From an uncultured Acidobacteriota bacterium (GTDB lineage Bacteria; Acidobacteriota; Thermoanaerobaculia; UBA5066; DATFVB01): a stretch of 64,000 nucleotides of DNA. Below the pieces are notes generated by a model, which was not told where the DNA came from, did not search any database, and was given only the letters and a program-made list of their open reading frames with translations. The stretch spans positions 544,001 to 608,000 of the forward strand of contig CAWEYG010000002.1 in the NCBI GenBank assembly GCA_963813155.1, in the 5' to 3' direction. This document shows positions 57,677-64,000 of this stretch, piece after piece (position 1 is the stretch's first letter; every line of letters starts with the position of its first letter). The translations under genes and the position numbers were made by a program.

Positions 57677-60289
57677 TTAGAGGATCGGCGGCGTCCGGGC
57701 GGGAGCGATCTTCGTTTTCCTCGTCTTTCGCGTCCGAAGGAGCGCTTCGAATTCCGGAGCGGCGAGGCCGGGGCTGAAGAGAAACCCCTGGACCTCGTCA
57801 CAGTGGGACTGGCGCAGGAAATCGAGCTGGTCCTCGGTTTCCACGCCTTCCGCCACGACCTTCAGCTTGAGTTCGTGCGCCATCACGATCGCGGCGCGGA
57901 CGATCGACGCGTCGTTGGGATCGGTTGCGAGGTCCCGAATGAACGTGCGGTCGATCTTGATCGTGTCGACCGGAAGGAGCTTCAGGTAGCTCAGGGACGA
58001 ATAGCCCGTGCCGAAATCGTCCATCGTGATGCCGAGCCCGAGCTCCCTCAATTCGTGGAGCTTCCGCACGCTCGCCTCGAAACCCTGCATCGCGAGGCTC
58101 TCGGTGATCTCCAGGCTGACCCAGCCCGGTTCGAGACCGCTCTCGACGACGATCTTCCGGATCCGCTCGGCGGCGTCCTGCCGCTGAAGCTGGCGAACCG
58201 AGAGGTTGACCGAAATCCGCAGGTTCGCCCACCCGAGGTCCCGCCACGAGCGCGTCTGGGCGCAAGCCTCGCGCAGGATCCGCGATCCCAGGGGAAGGAT
58301 GAGGCCGGTTTCCTCGGCCACGGGAATGAAGTCGCCGGGCAGCACGAGGCCGCGGACCGGGTGCTGCCAGCGCGAGAGAGCCTCCATCCCGGTGATCTTC
58401 CGGCTCGCGAGGTGGAACTGCGGCTGGTAGTGGACGACGAACTCGCCCGCGTCGAGACCGCGGCGCATTCCGGCTTCGAGGTCGAGCCGGTCGAACCCGT
58501 TCTCTTCGATCGCCCTCGCGTGGAACTGGTAGTTGTCGCGGCCCTTCTGCTTGGCCAGGTACATCGCGATGTCGGCGCTCTTCACGAGCGACTCGGAGTC
58601 CTCGCCGTCGTAAGGAAAAACGCCGATGCCAAGACTCATCGTCACGAAGAGCTCTCTTTCGGCGACCGAAAACGGGCGGCGGAAGAGCTCCAGGATCTTG
58701 CGCGCGACGACTCCCGCGTCTTCGGGCCGCTCGATGCGCGAGAGCAGCAGAATGAACTCGTCTCCGCCCAGCCGGGCGAGCGTGTCGCCGGCGCGGTGCA
58801 ACCCCTGCAGCCGCGACGCGACCTGCTGCAGGAAAAGATCGCCGACCTTGTGGCCGAGGCTGTCGTTGACGATCTTGAAACGGTCCAGGTCCATGAACAG
58901 GATCGCGATCGAATGGCCCTGGCGTTTCGCCTGCGTGAGGGCCGTCTCGAGCTCCTCTTCGAACCGGGCGCGATTCGCAAGGCCCGTGAGCGAATCGTGA
59001 TACGCGAGCTGCTCGATTTGCTTCTCGGCAAGCCGGTTCTCCGTCACGTCCCGGTTGATGGAGAGCACCGCGGGACGCCCGTCGTAGTCCACGACCGAGG
59101 CGCTGACGACGAAGTCGAGCAATCGCCCGTCCTTGCTCTGGTGAATGGTCTCCCAGTTCTGGAGCGAGCCCTCCCGCATCAGCTGGCGCAGCCGTTCGTC
59201 GCCCCGCGCCACTTCCTTCGTGATGGACCTCAGGCTCATTCCGAGCAGCTCTTCGCGCGAAAACCCGTAAATCTCGAACGCCTTCTGGTTCGCCTCGAGG
59301 ATGACCTCGGTCTCCGGCTCGAAGATCAGAACGGCGTCGTTCGCGCTCTCAAACAGATTCCGGTAATGCCTCTCCGACCGCTGAAGCGCCTCCTCGTTGC
59401 GCTTGCGCTCGAGCGCGCTCGCGACGTGCTGCGAGACGAACGTGAGGATTCCCTTCTCTTCCTCGCCGTACCGCACGTCCTCGCTGTAGGTCTGAACCAC
59501 GAGAACGCCGATCGTCTGGGAGCCCACCTGCAGCGGTACGCCGAGCCAATCGATGGAAGGCGCGCCCTGGGGCTCGACTTTGCCTTCTTCGACGAGCCGG
59601 TTGAACGATTCCGAAGACACGAGTTGCGGAACGCCCGTGCGCAGGACGAGCTCCGTGAGGCCCCGCCCCGGTTTCTTCGGCGCGGGAACCGGGTCGAACT
59701 CGTCCACGAAATAGGGGAAGCTCATCGTGTCGCTCGCCGGGTCGTAGAGAGCGAGGTAGAAGTTGCGGGAGTTCATCAGCTCTCCGACGATCCGGTGGAG
59801 GGCCGAATAGAACGCCGGGAGGTCCCGCTCGGAGCTCGTGATCTCGGCGATGCGGTAGAGCGCGGACTGCAGCTTCTCGGACTGGCGACGCTCCGTCACG
59901 TCTTTCGCGACGACCATCCGCGCCGGGCTTCCGGCGAACGTCACCCCGCACGACGCAACTTCGACGAAAAAGATCTCTCCGCTCCGGGCGCGGTGGCGCC
60001 ACTGGCCGGCGCTCGTGGAAGAGCCCAGGTTCCGCACGTCTTCGAGAAGGAGAGCGACCTCTTCGGGAGGACGGATCTCCAGAATCGTCATCGCGAGGAA
60101 CTCTTCCCGCGAGAACCCGTATCGTTCGATCGCCGCGTCGTTGACCGCGAGAAAACGCAGCGTCTCGCGCTCGTAGACCCACATCGGGACGGGGTTGGAC
60201 TCGAAGAGGAGGCGGTACAGCGGTTCCGACTCTCGGAGGTCCTCCTCCGGTCGCGAGCGAACCTTGACGTCGAGCTCCTCCGGGTCCAA
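57677..60289 (-). CDS. PAS-GAF-PAS-GGDEF-EAL protein
   Basis: HDSLTGLANR, GGDEF, YQPQ, EALSRW, LEITES, DDFGTGYSSL, EGVET. Confidence 0.95.
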   Translation of the reverse strand: MDPEELDVKVRSRPEEDLRESEPLYRLLFESNPVPMWVYERETLRFLAVNDAAIERYGFSREEFLAMTILEIRPPEEVALLLEDVRNLGSSTSAGQWRHRARSGEIFFVEVASCGVTFAGSPARMVVAKDVTERRQSEKLQSALYRIAEITSSERDLPAFYSALHRIVGELMNSRNFYLALYDPASDTMSFPYFVDEFDPVPAPKKPGRGLTELVLRTGVPQLVSSESFNRLVEEGKVEPQGAPSIDWLGVPLQVGSQTIGVLVVQTYSEDVRYGEEEKGILTFVSQHVASALERKRNEEALQRSERHYRNLFESANDAVLIFEPETEVILEANQKAFEIYGFSREELLGMSLRSITKEVARGDERLRQLMREGSLQNWETIHQSKDGRLLDFVVSASVVDYDGRPAVLSINRDVTENRLAEKQIEQLAYHDSLTGLANRARFEEELETALTQAKRQGHSIAILFMDLDRFKIVNDSLGHKVGDLFLQQVASRLQGLHRAGDTLARLGGDEFILLLSRIERPEDAGVVARKILELFRRPFSVAERELFVTMSLGIGVFPYDGEDSESLVKSADIAMYLAKQKGRDNYQFHARAIEENGFDRLDLEAGMRRGLDAGEFVVHYQPQFHLASRKITGMEALSRWQHPVRGLVLPGDFIPVAEETGLILPLGSRILREACAQTRSWRDLGWANLRISVNLSVRQLQRQDAAERIRKIVVESGLEPGWVSLEITESLAMQGFEASVRKLHELRELGLGITMDDFGTGYSSLSYLKLLPVDTIKIDRTFIRDLATDPNDASIVRAAIVMAHELKLKVVAEGVETEDQLDFLRQSHCDEVQGFLFSPGLAAPEFEALLRTRKTRKTKIAPARTPPIL

Positions 60290-60329
60290 CCCCGAAAGTG
60301 TATCAGCGCCGGGGCATCAGTAACCGGGG

Positions 60330-61202
60330 TTGCGGAGATTAGAATGGAAAGATGTCTTCGAGCGGCGCCCTTTGAGAATCGCGAACGCCATCCCGGCGCG
60401 CCTGCTCCCGTTGAGGGAATCGCTTTCGCCTTTTCCGCGGGGCGAGGAAGTCCTGCGCCTCACGCATCTCACCGAGAGCGAGTGGGACGAAGTCGCGCTC
60501 CGCTTCCCGGGACTCGGTACCGGCGCCGGCCGGAAGGCGGCCCGCGCGCGAAAGATTTTCCGCTTCCTCGTCGGCCGGGCCATGGCCACCGAGCGGCACC
60601 AGCCCGTCTGGAAGGGCGAGCCTCCGACGAGCGAGCCCACGCTTTACCTGACGGCCCACCTCGGAGACCTTCGCCCCCTTCGCTACATCCTGAGGCGCCG
60701 GGGCATCCCCGCGGCGCACGTTCTGGGACCGGAAAATCTCTTCCGCGAGGAAATCGCCGCGCAGGACAGGGAGTTCGACCGGGACAACCCGATCGACTTT
60801 CCCCACTTCTTCTCCACGGATCACCCCCACCAGCTGAAGGCCGCTCTCGCGCGCGGAAGCCTGATCACGGTCATCGACCGCGTTTTCAAGCGCCACGCGC
60901 CCGCACCGGAGAGCGAGGGACGCTTCTGGGCCGCTTCCTTCCTCGGGGGATTCCTTCAGATCGACGCTCATCCGCTTCGCCTGTCGCATCTCGCCCGGGT
61001 ACCGGCCCGGCCGATCTTCCTGACCGCCCCGGGAGGGCGCCTGACGGTCTCTGCTGGCGACCCTCTCCCCGCAGAACCGGCCGCCGCCCTCGCGCGGTTC
61101 GCGGACCTGCTGCGGGCGAGCGGCGAAGCGTCCCGGCACGATTTCGACGGATTCACCCATCGATGGAACCCGGGCCGGGCCGACGGAAAGCGGATCGTCT
61201 GA
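60330..61202 (+). CDS. Putative LPLAT/LpxL-like acyltransferase; start uncertain
   Basis: LYLTAHLGD, ALARG.LITVIDR, FLG...PLRLSH...VP. Confidence 0.6.
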   Translation: MRRLEWKDVFERRPLRIANAIPARLLPLRESLSPFPRGEEVLRLTHLTESEWDEVALRFPGLGTGAGRKAARARKIFRFLVGRAMATERHQPVWKGEPPTSEPTLYLTAHLGDLRPLRYILRRRGIPAAHVLGPENLFREEIAAQDREFDRDNPIDFPHFFSTDHPHQLKAALARGSLITVIDRVFKRHAPAPESEGRFWAASFLGGFLQIDAHPLRLSHLARVPARPIFLTAPGGRLTVSAGDPLPAEPAAALARFADLLRASGEASRHDFDGFTHRWNPGRADGKRIV

Positions 61203-61204
61203 CG

Positions 61205-62338
61205 ATGGCGGGCGCGCGCGACCCGGAAGAGGACGTCTGGATCACGGGGCTCGGGGCCGTCACCGCGTTCGGAGTCGGCGTCGACCCGTACTTCGAGGGC
61301 TGCCGCGACGGCCGGCTCGCGACGTCCCCGATCGAACGCTTCGAAACCGGCGATCTCAACTGCCACGTCGGGGGAACTGTCCCCGGGGAGTGGCCGCTCT
61401 TTCGCGAGACCGAGTTCTCGATTCGCGCCGCGCGCGAGGCTCTCGACGACGCCGGCCTGAATTCCGGCGACGAGCGCGGCGAGGTGTGGCTCGGGATTCT
61501 CCAGCCCGACGCCGGGCCGCTCGAGAAAGAGATGCCGTGCCCCGGGAATTCCGCCCCCGACCTCGTCGCGAGAGAGGCCGGCTTCGGCGGGTTCTCGACG
61601 TCGGTCGCGACCGCGTGCTCGGCGGCGGGGATTTCGATCGCGCTCGCGGAGGAGCGGATTCGCGCCGGAACGTGCGACGTCGCGCTCGCGGGAGGCGTCG
61701 CGGGGCTCTTTCGCGCCGCGTTTGCGGGACTCTGCCAGATGGGCGGAATGGCCGACGAGGTCTGCCGCCCGTTCGACGCGGAACGCACGGGGGTCGTCAT
61801 CGGCGAAGGAGCGGGGTTCGTCGTGCTGGAGTCGGCCGCCCGCGCGCGCGCCCGCAAGGCCCGTCCCTACGCGAGGATCGCGGGCTCCGGAATTTCGTGC
61901 GACGCCACGCACCCGCTCGCGATGGATCGCACGGGAAAAGGAGTTCGCCGCGCGCTCCGGGAATGCCTCGCGAGCTCCGGCCGCCCGGCCGGCTCGATCG
62001 CTCTCGTCGTCGGCCACGGGACCGGGACCCGCCTGAACGATTCGACCGAGACGGAGGCGATCCGCGAGATCTACGGCCTCCATCCGGAGGTCGTGTCGCT
62101 CAAGCCCCCGATCGGACACACGATGAGCGCTTCCGCGGCGCTCTCGGTCGTCCTGCTCTGTCGGATGTTCCGCGACAGGGTCCGCCTCGGAACGACGACG
62201 CTTCGCAACCCCGACCCGGAACTGCCGCGCCTGAATTTTCCCCGCGAGACCGCCGCCTGGGAACCGCGCCTCTCGGCGGTTCACGCTTTCGGCTTCGGGG
62301 GGCAGAACGTCGCCCTGCTGCTGGAGCCGTTCGAGTGA
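61205..62338 (+). CDS. Beta-ketoacyl synthase (FabF-like, Cys-His-His)
   Basis: ITGLGAV, TACSAA, CRPFD..RTG..IGEGAG, HGTGT..ND, KPPIGHT, AFGFGGQN. Confidence 0.92.
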   Translation: MAGARDPEEDVWITGLGAVTAFGVGVDPYFEGCRDGRLATSPIERFETGDLNCHVGGTVPGEWPLFRETEFSIRAAREALDDAGLNSGDERGEVWLGILQPDAGPLEKEMPCPGNSAPDLVAREAGFGGFSTSVATACSAAGISIALAEERIRAGTCDVALAGGVAGLFRAAFAGLCQMGGMADEVCRPFDAERTGVVIGEGAGFVVLESAARARARKARPYARIAGSGISCDATHPLAMDRTGKGVRRALRECLASSGRPAGSIALVVGHGTGTRLNDSTETEAIREIYGLHPEVVSLKPPIGHTMSASAALSVVLLCRMFRDRVRLGTTTLRNPDPELPRLNFPRETAAWEPRLSAVHAFGFGGQNVALLLEPFE

Positions 62339-63012
62339 GCGCGCTCGGCGGCGAGCCGGCGCTCGTCCGGGAAGCCGCGCTCGGCCCGCGGGACGATCCG
62401 CTCGTGGCTCTGCTGGAAGCCGCCTATCGAAGCCTGTCGCCGGCCGCGTCCGCGGAGGAAGACCCCGCTGGCCTGATCGTCGCCGGCGACGGGTCGCGGG
62501 TCGGCCAGCGCCGGATCTTCGAGAGGGCCGCCGAGACCGGACGCGCCCTCCCGCCGCGTTTCATTCCCCACCGCCTTTCCAACGGCGCGGCGAGCCAGCT
62601 CGCGATCCGCTTCCAGCACACCGGACGCGTCCTGACCTTCCCCGACGGGCAGGCGTCGGTTTTTCGCGCGCTCGCGTTCGCCGTCGCCTCGCTCGAGGCG
62701 GGATCGGGCCCGCGGCGATGGGTCCTGCTCTCGGGGACGGTGGACGGATTCGACCAGGAGAAAGTCGAAGGCGCTTCCCTGGCGCTGGAGCTTCGGCGCG
62801 ACGACCCGAGCCCCTTCGTCCGTTTCCGCTCGGACCGCGACCCCGGAGGCGCCGAGGAAGGACCGGGCGATTCCCGGTCGCTGCTCCTGTCGCTGGCCGG
62901 GATGCGGAATTGGGAATCCGAAAAAGCCTTTCGCGACCCGGAGAGAAGGAACGCCGCGGAGCTCTGGATCCGGGGAAAGAGAGCTACCATTCGATCGAAG
63001 GAGGAACCATGA
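62335..63012 (+). CDS. Truncated ketosynthase-like / chain-length-factor-like partner
   Basis: PRFIPHRLSNGAASQLAIRF..TG; no catalytic Cys; GTGA overlap with KS. Confidence 0.7.
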   Translation: MSALGGEPALVREAALGPRDDPLVALLEAAYRSLSPAASAEEDPAGLIVAGDGSRVGQRRIFERAAETGRALPPRFIPHRLSNGAASQLAIRFQHTGRVLTFPDGQASVFRALAFAVASLEAGSGPRRWVLLSGTVDGFDQEKVEGASLALELRRDDPSPFVRFRSDRDPGGAEEGPGDSRSLLLSLAGMRNWESEKAFRDPERRNAAELWIRGKRATIRSKEEP

Positions 63013-63620
63013 AATTGAAGCGTCTCTCCCTCCTCGTCTTCCTGATTCTTCCCGGGAGCCGCGCGCTCTTCGCCGAGGGCGCGACGGACCACCGTTTCCA
63101 CGTCTCCTTCGGCGCCCTCGCGGGTTCCGACGCGATCGTCCAGACGCCGGAAGGCGCGGCCGTCGCGCTCACCGTTTCGTTTTCCCTCCCGGCCGCGGCG
63201 TTCGTGCCCGATCCCTACGCCGGAAAGTGCCGTTTCACAGCCGTCAAGTACACGCTCAAGCCGTCCGACCAGAAAGAAATCCTCGGCGATCAATACAAAG
63301 CCCCGGACCCGGACGCCGACGATCCGCTCGTGCTGCATCCGATCGAGCTGCAGAACGCCGCGGGAAAATTCCACGCGAATTCGATTTACCTTCTTCTCAG
63401 CGACTCGGAAGACCTGAAGGACGTCAAAGGCCTCCATGACTGCACGATCGTGAGCAAGGACCGCGACCGCTACCGCGGCGAGACGCTGAACGAGGTCTCC
63501 TGCCAGGACGAGCGCGGCGCCGCCCGCAAGTTCAGCGAGTACGCGGGAAGGGCGAGCTTCTACGCCTGCGGGGCGCCGGCGGAGAAGGCCCCGGCGAAGA
63601 AAGGGAAACCGCGGGGTTGA
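63009..63620 (+). CDS. Secreted hypothetical protein (4 Cys)
   Basis: GGAGGA RBS, signal peptide, ATGA overlap. Confidence 0.7.
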   Translation: MKLKRLSLLVFLILPGSRALFAEGATDHRFHVSFGALAGSDAIVQTPEGAAVALTVSFSLPAAAFVPDPYAGKCRFTAVKYTLKPSDQKEILGDQYKAPDPDADDPLVLHPIELQNAAGKFHANSIYLLLSDSEDLKDVKGLHDCTIVSKDRDRYRGETLNEVSCQDERGAARKFSEYAGRASFYACGAPAEKAPAKKGKPRG

Positions 63621-63622
63621 TC

Positions 63623-64000
63623 GTGAACTTTCGAAAATGGGCTCGGGCGGGAGCCCTGGCGGCTGCGGCTTCCGCGGCGCTCGCCGCGGCTTCGTGCTCG
63701 GAGAGCCCGCGGAACGACTCGCTCACGATCGCGCTTCCGTACGAGGTGACGACCCTCGATCCGCACGCGGCGTTCACGCTTTCGAACCTCGCGATCCTGA
63801 TGAACAGCTATGAAACGCTCGTTTCCACCGACGCGGAAATGCGCCTCCTGCCGTGCCTGGCCGAGCGCTGGGAAAACCCCGACCAGGAGACATGGATCTT
63901 CCATCTGCGCCGCGACGTCCGGTTCCACAGCGGCAAGCTCCTCGATTCGCGCGACGTGGCGTATTCGTTCAACCGGCTTCTGCGGCGGCGGGACCTCCAG
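63623..64000 (+). CDS. ABC transporter substrate-binding lipoprotein, family 5 (partial)
   Basis: AASC lipobox; TLDPH, YETLV, LAERW, FHLRRDVRFHSG..LDSRDVAYSF. Confidence 0.88.
   Translation, partial: MNFRKWARAGALAAAASAALAAASCSESPRNDSLTIALPYEVTTLDPHAAFTLSNLAILMNSYETLVSTDAEMRLLPCLAERWENPDQETWIFHLRRDVRFHSGKLLDSRDVAYSFNRLLRRRDLQ

Noticed and set aside
57803-62338. 1511-aa ORF and other very long ORFs (6702-9407, 43472-45979, 24832-27708 extension)
   Set aside because: Shadow frames of real genes in high-GC DNA; only the C-terminal KS part (61205 onward) and the amidohydrolase part are real.

Overview
High-GC (roughly two-thirds G+C by eye) chromosomal segment. The gene repertoire resembles a soil or sediment Acidobacteriota genome, possibly Thermoanaerobaculia-like; this is inference. 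It holds about 75 genes: nadA/nadC, bacterioferritin, a GAF sigma54 activator, a TolC/EmrAB efflux operon, OsmC, VIT1, an ECF sigma/anti-sigma pair with a divergent metallophosphoesterase-cupredoxin-cytochrome c operon, three amidohydrolases, mmsA, a bacilliredoxin, thioredoxin, oligopeptidase B, several c-di-GMP proteins, two RRM RNA-binding proteins, many small stress or membrane proteins, and an acyltransferase-ketosynthase cluster running off the right end. I saw no rRNA, tRNA, CRISPR array, transposase or integrase. About 8 genes carry single-base frameshifts, most likely long-read assembly errors. The most novel signal is a 46-nt structured 5' leader motif present in three copies. It sits just downstream of extended -10 promoters in front of both RRM genes and an operon of two unknown small proteins. 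A second signal is an unusually dense set of about 10 sigma54 -24/-12 promoters in front of general-stress-type genes.
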